Positions 9,758 through 19,774 of a stretch of DNA of 64,000 nucleotides are shown piece by piece. Source of the DNA: Candidatus Latescibacterota bacterium (lineage in GTDB: Bacteria > Latescibacterota > UBA2968 > UBA8231); NCBI GenBank assembly GCA_965242865.1, contig CBDETK010000013.1, positions 32,001-96,000 of the forward strand, in the 5' to 3' direction. Position 1 is the first letter of the stretch; the number at the start of each line of letters is the position of its first letter. The translations under genes were made by a program, and so were the position numbers. The notes under the pieces were generated by a model. That model had not been told where the DNA came from, ran no database searches, and saw only the letters and a program-made list of their open reading frames with translations.

Positions 9758-11802
9758 AAGCCGCGCTCATCGTGGGAGTCCTAACGGCGTGTTGGGTGCA
9801 ACCGCTCGCGGCTCGGCAAGTCTTGCTCATTGGGCAGGATGGGCAAATCTCGTGGACCGGGCGCGTGGCAGGGGCCGAGGGCATCTCGACGATTCGGCCC
9901 GAGCATCGCTCCTTTCTGGACCCCAACGTCACCGAAATAGGCCACGCGCCGGCCGACCTAATCGAGTTCGACAGCGCGGATTTTCCGGGCAGCATCCTGC
10001 CGCGGCAAGTGGGGGCCGAGCAGAACTTGGCCACCGAGGTGCTGGAGCGCGGCGGCTCGCTGCGCGCACCGACCGTCTTTGACCTGACCGCCTTGCAGTT
10101 GCAGGTGATTTTCGAGGACATGCTCGCGGCCGCGCCGACTGGGCAGGCATTCGAGCGCAAAGAGGACGACATCTTGGGGACCCAGCTCATTCTCGACCTA
10201 GGGGCGCGCTTTGGGGTCAACCGGCTGCGCTTTTTTCCGCGCAACACGGTCTTTTCCGCGCCCGGCACCCCCTTTCAAAACGACTTTTTGAAAAACTTTG
10301 AAGTGGAGATCAACGACGGCTTGGTGCTGACGAGTTCGGGCAACCCCATCTGGGAAACCTATGTTGTGCGCAACGACAACAGCGACCCGATCACCCAAGT
10401 GCTCATCGACCCACCGCGCTACATTCGCTTCATCCGCCTGCGGGCCACGTCGGCCATTCCCTTTGAGATCGAAAAGCTCCAAGTCTTTGGCGAGGGGTTT
10501 TTCCCGACGGCGCGCTACATCTCCCCGATCATCGACATGGGCCGCCCGGCCAACTGGGGCCTCATCCGCACCTTGCAGCAGCAGGTAGGCGCGGCGGACC
10601 GGGCCGACATGCAGTTGCGCACCCGCAGCGGCCACGACCCCAGCCCCTTGGCGTACACCCGCAAGCAGGTGGGCCTACAAGACGCCCCTGAGATTCCGTT
10701 GTCCGCGAACAACCCGGGCGAGCCGTTGCTGCGCCAAGAGTACGCCAAGCTGCCCGAGCGCGGGCGGCAGGGCGACGATTGGGAGCGCGGCTCAGTGCGC
10801 GACGACTTGGCCAACTGGAGTCCGTGGACGTCGCCCTATCCGCTGGAGGAACTGGCTGCGGGCACGCAGATTCTGTCGCCCGGGCCTAGCCGCTACTTCC
10901 AATTTCGCGTGGAATTTCAGAGCCAGCACTTGGAGGCCAGCCACATCGTTGAGCAGATCGGCCTCGAATTTTCCGCGCCGCCGCTGGCCGACGCCCTCAT
11001 CGGCGAAATTTTCCCGCGCGAGGTGCCGGCCGCCACGGATGTGCCCTTTGCGTACGCGGTGCGGGCGGTGATGGAGAGCGAGTACGCGCAGGGCTTTAAC
11101 AGCTTTGAGGTGCTTACCCCCAGTCGCGTCAGTCGCGTCGAGCGGCTCGAAGTCATCGACGCCAGCGGCCAGCCGGTGCTCGACCACGCCTTTGCCGTGA
11201 CCGATGGAGTGACCTCCGAAGGCGAGGTCGCGATCACCGCCATGGACGACCAGCGCTTTGCAGTGCGTTTCCCGGCCATCAACCAGCACGACGCCGTGCT
11301 GAAAATCCACTTCGTCAGCCGGGTGCTGGCCTTTAGCACCCGCTTTGGCGGCCGTGCCCTGCTGCTAGCTGAGGACGCCTTTCAGGGCATTACCCCGGGC
11401 GACGCGGCCTTTTTGGCCGAAGGCGATGAGGCGACCGAATCCGGGACGACGGTGCTGAGCCGCGCGGTGAACCAAGGCAGCTTGATTGGCCGGTTCACCC
11501 TCGGCCACAACGTCCTGACGCCCAATGGCGACGGCGTCAACGATGTCCTCGAGGTGCGCTTTGAGGTGCTGGCGGTCATCGGCCAAGCGCGGATTGTGAT
11601 CGACCTGTGGGATTTGGCCGGCCGGCCGGTGCGCCGCCTCTTTGACGCCGCAGGCCAAAACGGGGTGTACGACGCCGTGCATTGGGACGGCGCGGATGAG
11701 CAGGGCCGGCGCGTCGCCCCGGGCATCTACTTGGTGCAGCTCGAGGTCGAAGGAGATGCCCGCAGCGGGCAGACGGTGCGGCCGGTATGCGTAGCGTACT
11801 GA
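9754..11802 (+). CDS. Secreted protein with C-terminal FlgD-Ig/TPNGDG domain (paralog B)
   Basis: ATGA overlap with the upstream stop, signal peptide MKAALIVGVLTACWVQPLAA, motifs LRTRSG, WSPW, SPGPSRYFQ, and LTPNGDGVND...WDGADEQGRRVAPGIY. Confidence 0.8.
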   Translation: MKAALIVGVLTACWVQPLAARQVLLIGQDGQISWTGRVAGAEGISTIRPEHRSFLDPNVTEIGHAPADLIEFDSADFPGSILPRQVGAEQNLATEVLERGGSLRAPTVFDLTALQLQVIFEDMLAAAPTGQAFERKEDDILGTQLILDLGARFGVNRLRFFPRNTVFSAPGTPFQNDFLKNFEVEINDGLVLTSSGNPIWETYVVRNDNSDPITQVLIDPPRYIRFIRLRATSAIPFEIEKLQVFGEGFFPTARYISPIIDMGRPANWGLIRTLQQQVGAADRADMQLRTRSGHDPSPLAYTRKQVGLQDAPEIPLSANNPGEPLLRQEYAKLPERGRQGDDWERGSVRDDLANWSPWTSPYPLEELAAGTQILSPGPSRYFQFRVEFQSQHLEASHIVEQIGLEFSAPPLADALIGEIFPREVPAATDVPFAYAVRAVMESEYAQGFNSFEVLTPSRVSRVERLEVIDASGQPVLDHAFAVTDGVTSEGEVAITAMDDQRFAVRFPAINQHDAVLKIHFVSRVLAFSTRFGGRALLLAEDAFQGITPGDAAFLAEGDEATESGTTVLSRAVNQGSLIGRFTLGHNVLTPNGDGVNDVLEVRFEVLAVIGQARIVIDLWDLAGRPVRRLFDAAGQNGVYDAVHWDGADEQGRRVAPGIYLVQLEVEGDARSGQTVRPVCVAY

Positions 11803-11812
11803 GGAGGAAACC

Positions 11813-13855
11813 ATGGTGTTCCAGCGGCTAGGCGTACTAATAGCGGTCCTGACGACCGGAGCTTGGGGCCGCGGCGAGTTCCGCCTCGGCGGCACCGACG
11901 GCAATGCTTGGCCGGCACTAATTGCCGAGCAAACGGCTTCGTACGTGCTGCTCAACGCCGAGGGCGGCATCGTCGAGGAGGTGACCATTGAGGCGGTGAC
12001 CGAAGAGGTCAGCGTGCGCTTCAACACCGCGGGCGTCGATACGCTGATCGACTTTGCCGGGGGCGGCCTGCGCCCGGTGTACATCGATCCGAGCGAAAAC
12101 TTGGCCCTGTCCATCAAGGAGCGCCAAGGGCACTTTTACACGGCCAGCATCTACGGCGGTACGCACTTGGTAACGGACTCCCAGCCCTTGCAGTTTCTCA
12201 TCGACGGCGATTCGACGACCGCCATGCTGGTGCGAGTGCCCGAGCCGCCGCGCTTGGCCGGCCGCAACAACCCCGGCGTGGTCAAAAACAACGTCATGCA
12301 CTTGGGGGCTGAGCTGCCCATCAACCGCATCCGCTTCTTCCCCCGGCCTCGGTTTGCGGACAACCACTTGGCTTGGTACGAAATTGGCGTGGCCGACCAC
12401 ACCGCGCCGTTTTGGGACAGCAACTTCGACCGCAGCCAGCGCGGCAAGCGGTGGTACATGGTGATCGACGCGGCCTTGGGCGCGCCCAATGACCCGGCCT
12501 TTGACATCTTGGCCCGCAACCGCGAAAGCCTCGACGTGGTGGTGGATTTGCGCTTCCCCACCCGCGACCTCAAGTGGATTGCCATTCGCCCGCTCGATCC
12601 CGAGCGCGATTGGGAAATCGCCGAGTTTGAGGTCTATGGCGAGGGCTTTGTGACCCGGACGACCTACCGCACTCCGATTCTGGATTTTGGCCGCGAGGTT
12701 GCTTGGAGCAAAGTTCGCTGGCAAGGCGAGGTGCCCGAGGGAACCCAGCTTTTGCTCCGCACCCGCACGGGCAACACGCCGCAGCCAAACGTCTATCGCA
12801 CCATCGGCCCCACCGGGACCCTCGAACCATCGACCCTCGACGAATACCTGACCCAGCTCGGCCGGCGGCGGTGGGACGACGTGGAATTGGGCTACGACCT
12901 AGAAAATTGGAGCCTCTGGTCGGCCCCCTACGAGTTTGCGGCCGGGCGGCGGCAGGTCGAGCGACCGGCCGCTAGCTGGCAAGACGGCACGCCCGTACTC
13001 TCGCCGAGTCCGGCGCGCTACTTCCAGCTAGAGGCCATCCTGTTCGCCCGCCGCGACGCAGCCCCGCGCATCGACGACCTGTCCCTGTTGTTTTCCGAGG
13101 ATCCCGTCGCCCAAGAGGTGGTTGGGGAGATCTGGCCGACCACCACGGAGAGCTTTGCGGCCACGACCTTCACGTACGTGGTGCGCCCGGTCTTGCGGGG
13201 GGGCGACTTGGGCTTTGACCGGCTGGAAATTTTTACCCAGATCCCGGTCGAGCGAGTGCATTCGGTGCTCATCGACGGCGCGGAGATCAGCGACCGCTTC
13301 CCGCCCGAGATTCGGGCCGACCGCCTGATCGTCGGCTTCGACCGCTTGGTGGGGCCGCGCGACAACGAGAAGCGGATCGAGGTCGTGTTCGACGCCAAGG
13401 TCTTGCGCTTTGGCGCGGACTTCAGAAGCTGGGTGTACGACAGCACTGAACCCGAGCTCAAGCAGCAGGTCGCCCCGGGCAACGCGACGTTCCGCTTTGG
13501 CGGCGATGTGGTATCGGTGCGCACGCCCATGGGCGGCGGCCTCATCAGCCGCGTACAGGCCACGCCCGCGACCTTTACGCCCAACGGCGATGGCGTCAAC
13601 GACCGCGTCGCGATTGCCTACGAATTGCGCGACTTGGAAAGCCAGCGGCCAATCCGCTTGCGGATCTACGACCTGTCTGGCCGCCTCGTGCGCCAAAGCG
13701 CGGCCAGCACCCGCAGCGGCAGCTTTGCCCAAACTTGGAACGGGCGCGACCAAGCGGGTGCTCTCGTGCCGCCCGGTCTGTACCTCTATCAGCTCGATTG
13801 GGACACGGACCAGGGCCGCGAAGTGGCCAATGGAATGGTGGGCGTGGCGTACTAG
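11813..13855 (+). CDS. Secreted protein with C-terminal FlgD-Ig/TPNGDG domain (paralog C)
   Basis: GAGGAGG RBS, signal peptide, motifs LRTRTG, WSLWS, SPSPARYFQ, and FTPNGDGVND...WNGRDQAGALVPPGLY. Confidence 0.8.
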   Translation: MVFQRLGVLIAVLTTGAWGRGEFRLGGTDGNAWPALIAEQTASYVLLNAEGGIVEEVTIEAVTEEVSVRFNTAGVDTLIDFAGGGLRPVYIDPSENLALSIKERQGHFYTASIYGGTHLVTDSQPLQFLIDGDSTTAMLVRVPEPPRLAGRNNPGVVKNNVMHLGAELPINRIRFFPRPRFADNHLAWYEIGVADHTAPFWDSNFDRSQRGKRWYMVIDAALGAPNDPAFDILARNRESLDVVVDLRFPTRDLKWIAIRPLDPERDWEIAEFEVYGEGFVTRTTYRTPILDFGREVAWSKVRWQGEVPEGTQLLLRTRTGNTPQPNVYRTIGPTGTLEPSTLDEYLTQLGRRRWDDVELGYDLENWSLWSAPYEFAAGRRQVERPAASWQDGTPVLSPSPARYFQLEAILFARRDAAPRIDDLSLLFSEDPVAQEVVGEIWPTTTESFAATTFTYVVRPVLRGGDLGFDRLEIFTQIPVERVHSVLIDGAEISDRFPPEIRADRLIVGFDRLVGPRDNEKRIEVVFDAKVLRFGADFRSWVYDSTEPELKQQVAPGNATFRFGGDVVSVRTPMGGGLISRVQATPATFTPNGDGVNDRVAIAYELRDLESQRPIRLRIYDLSGRLVRQSAASTRSGSFAQTWNGRDQAGALVPPGLYLYQLDWDTDQGREVANGMVGVAY

Positions 13856-13933
13856 GCTGGAGAACTTGACATTGACTAGCGGCCCTATAAGTATAACTGA
13901 GTGCCGAATGCCCGGTGTCGCAAGGAAAAAGCC

Positions 13934-14941
13934 ATGTTAAACACAGACGACGTCAAACGCAGATTAGGCGGGGCGTTTACCCAAGAGCAGGTCGACATCT
14001 TCACTAGCCTGTTGAGTGAACTCCACGTCGGCTTGGCCACCTCCGTTGACATGGAGGACCTCAAGGATGTAGTCAAAGCACTTGCCGTCGCCCAAGCGCG
14101 GGCCGAGGAGCGGTTGGAAGGCGTGGAAAGCCGCATGGATCGGGTGGAAGCCGCGCTCGACCGCTTAGAAGCCGCCCAGGCGCGGTCGGAGAAGCGGTTG
14201 GAGGCCCTAGAAAATCGCATGGAGGGGGTGGAAAGCCGCATGGATCGGGTGGAAGCCGCGCTCGACCGCTTAGAAGCCGCCCAAGCCCGGGCCGAGAAGC
14301 GGTTGGAGGCGTTGGAAAAGCGTATGGAGGGCGTGGAAGACCGCATGGATCGGGTGGAAGCCGCGCTCGACCGCTTAGAAGCCGCCCAAGCCCGGGCCGA
14401 GAAGCGATTGGAGGCTTTGGAAGACCGCATGGATCGGGTGGAAAGCCGCATGGACCGCGTCGAGGCCACGCTCGATCGCTTGGCCGCGGCCCAAGTGCGG
14501 ACCGAAGAGGCCCTCGAAAAACTGACAGAAGCACACGACGAAACGCGCAAGCAGCTCGGCGGCCTCTCGCATACAGTAGGGTACATCCTCGAAAACGAAG
14601 CCTACCGCGCGCTGCCGGCGCTCCTCAAGGCCGAGCATGGGATTGAGATCGAGGACCGGCTCATTCGCACGTACCTCACAACCGACCGAGGATATCCCGT
14701 TGAGGTCAACATCTTCGGCCGCGGGCGCAGGAATGGGCGCGAGGTGGTCATACTGGGCGAAAGCAAGAGCCAGTTGTCCGCCAAGCACATCAACCATTTC
14801 ATCCAAGGCCGGCTCACTCGGCTCGAGCCGCTATTCGAGGATGTATTTGCCGTTTTGGTCACGCACATGATTTCATCGCCCGATGTGGCAGCTTATGCAC
14901 AAGAGCGCGGCATCGCCCTGTATTACTCGTACCAATTTTAA
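13934..14941 (+). CDS. Heptad coiled-coil repeat protein with C-terminal PD-(D/E)XK-like domain (DUF3782/DUF1626-like)
   Basis: Long heptad repeats followed by 'LGGLSHTVGYILENEAY...EVNIFG...LGESK'. AAGGA RBS before ATG at 13934. Confidence 0.75.
   Translation: MLNTDDVKRRLGGAFTQEQVDIFTSLLSELHVGLATSVDMEDLKDVVKALAVAQARAEERLEGVESRMDRVEAALDRLEAAQARSEKRLEALENRMEGVESRMDRVEAALDRLEAAQARAEKRLEALEKRMEGVEDRMDRVEAALDRLEAAQARAEKRLEALEDRMDRVESRMDRVEATLDRLAAAQVRTEEALEKLTEAHDETRKQLGGLSHTVGYILENEAYRALPALLKAEHGIEIEDRLIRTYLTTDRGYPVEVNIFGRGRRNGREVVILGESKSQLSAKHINHFIQGRLTRLEPLFEDVFAVLVTHMISSPDVAAYAQERGIALYYSYQF
14115..14495 (+). repeat. Intragenic 105-bp (35-aa) tandem repeat, ~3.6 copies
   Basis: GAA(AG/GA)CCGCATGGA(T/C)CG recurs at ~14126, 14231, 14336 and 14441. 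Confidence 0.9.
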
Positions 14942-14968
14942 GGGGGCAGTTCAACGGACTTAGCTACA

Positions 14969-17668
14969 ATGAGCGGGGTAATAAGACAGCCGTTGGCCTT
15001 CCTCGGCGTCGCAGTACTCGGCTTCGTTCTCGCCGACCCAGCCGACGGGGGCCGCTTGGCATGGCAACGGGAAGTGGCGCAAAGCCCGGAGATCTACCTC
15101 GACGCCCTCGACCCGGCCCTGCGGCGCTGGTACGTGCCGCAGGTGATGTTCGCCGAATACCCGTGGCGGCAGTGGGAGTACACCAACCGCGCCCGGCTGC
15201 CGTATCAGCGCTACGTGAACATCGACTTGGAGGGCGATTACTTCTACGATCTGTACGGGAATTACCTGACTCAGGGCTGGCTGATTTTCAATACGGCGCA
15301 GACGCGGCCCCAAGAAGCCGGTAGCTCCCTGTTCAAGACCGAGCGGTTCGCCCGGTGGTTCAACGAACTGGTCATCGCCGGCGATCACAAGGGCCAATAC
15401 CACTACGCGCTGACGGTGAGCAACAACCTGCGGACCACCTTGACGCCGCTGTCGTTTTCCAAGCCGCGCCTGAACGGCTTGCAAATTGACCTCGCCACCG
15501 ACAAATACCAACTGACCTTTCTCCACTCGCTGATTACCGGCCCGCGCGGCTTGCAGCAGGAGGAGAGCCGCTTTACGGACGCGACCTCCCTCGTGGGCGG
15601 CCGCTTTGCGGCGCAGCTAGGGGACTTCGTGGAGTTGGGCCTGCACGCGGCCAACGCCCACCAGACCAACAGCGAGTCGAATCAGCTCGTAGAAACGCTG
15701 TACAAAGGCGGGCTGAACAAGCAGCAAAACGCGACCATATCCCAGATCGCAATCGCCTTGCGGGACGACTCGCCCGCAGACGGCACCGGCGGCGCAGCGT
15801 ACTTCCCAGACGCTTCGGACGTGATTATCACCTATCGCGACGGCACGGTGGACTCGGCCCGCGACATTCGCTTTGGCCCGGTGATCAGCGGCGGCTTGGA
15901 GCGGCAGGGGTTTCTCACTGCCGATGGCACCGGGCAAATCAGCCTGCTCTACGACTTTGACAGCCCGTCGTTTGTCAACCGCGCCTCAGCCGATAAGTCC
16001 GAGATCGCGGCCGTGGAATTTCGCCTCGTGCTGGCCAACGACTACCAGATTTGGATGAGCTCGGACCAGCAGTTGGGCGAGGGCGGCGGCTTTGTAACGG
16101 TCGGCCGGCCATCGAGCTCGTTTAGTTCGACCGGCGAGCGCTCGATCAGCTTGGGCGATGTCTTTGGCGCGGATGTAGAGGATCCGGTCTTCTTGCTGGT
16201 GGCGCAGGCCGAGGGGAATGTGCAGGACCTATCCAATCTGCGCACGGTCCGCTTTGCCTACGGGCTGCCGACCGCTACGACCGTCGCCGGCGCCACGATC
16301 AAGGTGGAAGACGTGCTCGGCTTTGACCTATACGGCGAATACGACCTGAGTTGGAGCTTCCGCAAGTATCCCAACGTCGCCGAGGACACCCACACTTCTT
16401 CGGCGGGCATTGGCGGCCGCGAAGGAGCACCCGCGTGGATGGCGAACCTGAGCAAGCACTGGGGGCGGCTGTCGCTGTTTGGGGAAGTGTATTCGATTGA
16501 CCCGCGCTACAACACCCAGTCTTTTGTCACCACCGCCTCGGGCCTCGATTACGCCCGGCAGGGCAACCGCTTTGACCTAGTGGAAGACAACGACGATCAA
16601 GATCGCTTCCCAGATGGATTCCGCGCGGATTTTTTAGTGGATGACCGCTTAGTCTTTCCCGGCTGGGACCTCAACAACGACTTAGTGCCCGACTTCAACC
16701 AAAACGACAACCGGGTCAAGGCCAACGCCGTTCCAGATTACGAAGAGCCGTTCCTCCGCTTCTTGGTCGATCGGCCGGAGTTCCTCTTCGGCGTGGATAT
16801 GAACCACAACTTCTGGGTCGATCTATACGAAAACGACACCGAGCCGGACTATCCCTACCGCCGCGACCAACGAGGGTTCAATGTCTATGGCGGCCTCGGC
16901 CTGAGTCCGCATTGGCAGCTCAAGGTGGGGGCCTTGCGCGAGGAGCAGATTTCAGCGGACCGCAAAAACCACAGCACGTACTGGCAGTTGAGCTACGAGC
17001 GAGCGTGGCCGCGGGTGGGGCGGGTGCGGCTCTTCGAGATGAGCCAGTTGGTGCAAGACGACATTCCCGATCCAATTTTGCAGTGGCAACCCGACAACAC
17101 GCTGCGCGGCGGCCGGCTCGTCCCGATCGACGACCCGCTCCTAGCGCGCGATGCTTGGGTCCACCAGCTATTCGTCGGCCACAGCCTGACGAGCGATGCG
17201 CTGTTGGTGATGAGCAAGCTGCACGGGGTCTTCTTTGTGCAGCGGCCGCGCGAGGCAACGGACTTTTTCTTTGGCTTGGTCAACAAGGCCAGCTATCGCC
17301 ACACTTGGCGCGGGCTGACCTTATCGCCGCGCTGGAAGAGCGAATGGCGTCAGCAGAGCCGGTCCCTGTTTGACCAAGCGGACCGCACGACCCTGATGGA
17401 GCTGTTTTCGCTGCTCTTGGAAACGCAACTATTGCAGGCCACCCACCTGCAAGCCGGCGTCGAGTACGCGCTGTTCCACGACTTTGACCTCGCGTTGGAA
17501 AACTTCGACTCCCTGAGTTGGGCCTTGCAGTTGGCGACCGAGTCGGCCTATCTGGGCTACCGGATCGCGGCGTTGGCTGGCTTTGTGGTTGAGCGCAAAG
17601 CGTTTGCCGAGGCCGAGCCGGCCACGACGACCGAGACCTTTGTCACGCTATACGCCGGCTTGCAGTAA
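14969..17668 (+). CDS. Uncharacterised exported, putative outer-membrane beta-barrel protein (paralog 2)
   Basis: Shares long motifs with 5127-7790 (ALDPAxRRWYVPQ, LEGDYFYDLYGN, DRPEFLFGVDMN, EPDYPYRRD, TxYAGL). Confidence 0.7.
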   Translation: MSGVIRQPLAFLGVAVLGFVLADPADGGRLAWQREVAQSPEIYLDALDPALRRWYVPQVMFAEYPWRQWEYTNRARLPYQRYVNIDLEGDYFYDLYGNYLTQGWLIFNTAQTRPQEAGSSLFKTERFARWFNELVIAGDHKGQYHYALTVSNNLRTTLTPLSFSKPRLNGLQIDLATDKYQLTFLHSLITGPRGLQQEESRFTDATSLVGGRFAAQLGDFVELGLHAANAHQTNSESNQLVETLYKGGLNKQQNATISQIAIALRDDSPADGTGGAAYFPDASDVIITYRDGTVDSARDIRFGPVISGGLERQGFLTADGTGQISLLYDFDSPSFVNRASADKSEIAAVEFRLVLANDYQIWMSSDQQLGEGGGFVTVGRPSSSFSSTGERSISLGDVFGADVEDPVFLLVAQAEGNVQDLSNLRTVRFAYGLPTATTVAGATIKVEDVLGFDLYGEYDLSWSFRKYPNVAEDTHTSSAGIGGREGAPAWMANLSKHWGRLSLFGEVYSIDPRYNTQSFVTTASGLDYARQGNRFDLVEDNDDQDRFPDGFRADFLVDDRLVFPGWDLNNDLVPDFNQNDNRVKANAVPDYEEPFLRFLVDRPEFLFGVDMNHNFWVDLYENDTEPDYPYRRDQRGFNVYGGLGLSPHWQLKVGALREEQISADRKNHSTYWQLSYERAWPRVGRVRLFEMSQLVQDDIPDPILQWQPDNTLRGGRLVPIDDPLLARDAWVHQLFVGHSLTSDALLVMSKLHGVFFVQRPREATDFFFGLVNKASYRHTWRGLTLSPRWKSEWRQQSRSLFDQADRTTLMELFSLLLETQLLQATHLQAGVEYALFHDFDLALENFDSLSWALQLATESAYLGYRIAALAGFVVERKAFAEAEPATTTETFVTLYAGLQ

Positions 17669-17676
17669 TCTCCCAA

Positions 17677-19707
17677 TCACCGGCTCGGCGAAAATTCTGC
17701 TTCCCAGAGGATGCGATTCTCGATGGCAAGCTGGGCGGTACGGATGCGGTCGATGGCGTAGGCAGGGACGCGGACGAGCACCATGCACTCGTCGTCAACG
17801 CGCTCACGGCTCTTGTTGAAGTAGAAGTCGAGATTTTCAAAACCGTACTGTCTGCGGTCGGTGGGCAGGTCGGCCGGATCGACCGGATAGACGTGTAGCA
17901 CGAACTTGGCTTGCACGTCGGTGGAGGCGCAGGGCTGTTTGCGGTACATCAGCGTGCGTCCGGTGCGGTACACGTGCCAGCCAGCGCGGACGACTTGCTC
18001 GTCGGCCTGTTGGATGAGCTGCTCCACGTAGCGTTGTCGCCGGGCGCGATGCCTTTTTGCATCAAAGGGTTCGGCTGTCGTTTCGCCAAAGAAGGGTTCG
18101 GCTGTCGTCATGCGAAACACCACCCCATCGGCGAGCTCGGCCACGGGTTCTACATCGGGCAGGCCGCGGAGGTACCGGTCGTCGTAGTCGTACGCAGACT
18201 TTCTACTGCGGATCCAGACGATATACGTATCGGCACCATCGGTCTGCCGCATTATACGCGGCATCAACTTGTATTTGAATACCGAGAGAGCTTGGTACTT
18301 TCCCGGGGCGGCGGTCCGATCCCAAAACCAAGCAAGACCGTTGCTGTTGCTGTAAATCCGGCCTTCGCGAAGGTGGGTTCTGATGTAATTCAGAGTCTCG
18401 GAGGATGCCCAGTAGGAGGTATTGTACGTCCAGTATCCGAACCCGGAGAACCCGAATTCCAATGCTTTGGTGGTAATACGGAGGTTCCTGTGCGCCGAGA
18501 AGCCGGTGTGGGCGAGGGCCGCCAGCAAGACGAGGGCGACCAACCCCCACTTGGCCGCAGCCATCCGACCCGCCATCTCGATGGACAGGAACCGGTCCAG
18601 CAGCAACACCGCCACCAACAGCAGCGGCACATACACCGGCAGCAGGTAGCGACTGTCGATTTGCTGCCTAACCGTGAAAGGCACGACAGCGATTAGGAAT
18701 CCGAGGTAGGCTACGGTGAACACCCCGAATGGGAGTGCCGGACTCAACTCCAAAAGCGGCGACCCAGGCCGAAGCCGTAGATTCAGACCAACGACGACCA
18801 GCCCCGCTGTCCCCACTAGCCCGGCCGCTGTCCATACAAGAGAACTCAACCCGTCCAGCGCATTCAAGGGAATCACCCACTCTTGGAATACATCCACCAC
18901 TTGGCTCAGCCCATCGGACAGGGACTGCCCCCTCCCTCTTCGCCGCCCGGTTAGGGTCCCGGAGACCGCCCAGTTATGCGTCATCACTCCCGCGAGGGGC
19001 AAGGAGGCGACCGCGCCAAAGACGAGGGCGTCTTTCCACCGGATGACCAGCGACGGGGTGCGTCGCCCCAATAGCAGCAGGACGCCGGTGCCGATCAGGA
19101 CTACGCCCGGATAGCGGGTCACCGCGGCCAGCGCGGTAAAAACCACTGCCCAATACAGGGGCATCCTTCCGCCTCGTTGTAGGAAGGACGCTAACTGGAT
19201 CAAGGCGAGGAGCGTAAATAGGGCGAAGAGGGAGTCAGTGAAGAGGCTCGACGCGAGCTCGCTCAAGGGCAGGGACGCCGCGATGGTCCCGGTAGCCGCC
19301 AGTACCAACCCCCGCGACCGGAGATTGGAGCGCAGCCAGCTCCCCGCGGCGAGGATGGTCAGCCCGAAGGCGGTGGCGTTGAGCAGCCGACCCGCCTCCA
19401 GCGGCTCGATGCCAATCCAACCGCCGGCCGCCAGCAGCAGGGGGAACAAGGGCGGCCAGGTCACTATTGAGGTGCCCGTGAAAATCTGCCAGCCTTCTCC
19501 AGCGAGGAAGTTGATGGCCATGGACAGGAAACCTGCGGAGTCCGGGCCGACTGCGGGACCGTAGGTGGCGGTGCGGACGAGGATGTGCGCGGTGCCCAGC
19601 CCGGCGAGGACGACGATGAGCAACGCGAAGGGGTCGCGCCCCAACCGGACGATCCTCTCGATGGCGGAGCATTTTACCTCTCCCATAAATTTATTAAAAA
19701 CAATCAT
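17677..19707 (-). CDS. GT-C family (ArnT/PMT-like) membrane glycosyltransferase + C-terminal extracytoplasmic domain, array copy 1
   Basis: Motifs DS..FLS, WPPLFPLLLA, TDSLF, LAAVTRYPG, DSRYLLPVY; many TM helices; C-terminal FVLHVYP..GFENLDFYF domain. Confidence 0.75.
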   Translation of the reverse strand: MIVFNKFMGEVKCSAIERIVRLGRDPFALLIVVLAGLGTAHILVRTATYGPAVGPDSAGFLSMAINFLAGEGWQIFTGTSIVTWPPLFPLLLAAGGWIGIEPLEAGRLLNATAFGLTILAAGSWLRSNLRSRGLVLAATGTIAASLPLSELASSLFTDSLFALFTLLALIQLASFLQRGGRMPLYWAVVFTALAAVTRYPGVVLIGTGVLLLLGRRTPSLVIRWKDALVFGAVASLPLAGVMTHNWAVSGTLTGRRRGRGQSLSDGLSQVVDVFQEWVIPLNALDGLSSLVWTAAGLVGTAGLVVVGLNLRLRPGSPLLELSPALPFGVFTVAYLGFLIAVVPFTVRQQIDSRYLLPVYVPLLLVAVLLLDRFLSIEMAGRMAAAKWGLVALVLLAALAHTGFSAHRNLRITTKALEFGFSGFGYWTYNTSYWASSETLNYIRTHLREGRIYSNSNGLAWFWDRTAAPGKYQALSVFKYKLMPRIMRQTDGADTYIVWIRSRKSAYDYDDRYLRGLPDVEPVAELADGVVFRMTTAEPFFGETTAEPFDAKRHRARRQRYVEQLIQQADEQVVRAGWHVYRTGRTLMYRKQPCASTDVQAKFVLHVYPVDPADLPTDRRQYGFENLDFYFNKSRERVDDECMVLVRVPAYAIDRIRTAQLAIENRILWEAEFSPSR

Positions 19708-19774
19708 CTATGTCGTCATTTTTTAAGGTTCCCAACGGGCGGTACGCGGCACCCCTACTCGTTATCCAACAGGT

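Noticed and set aside
13866-13897. Sigma70 promoter (TTGACA/TTGACT with TATAAG/TATAAC)
   Set aside because: Spacings are 14 or 20 bp rather than ~17, so it is suggestive but not supportable.
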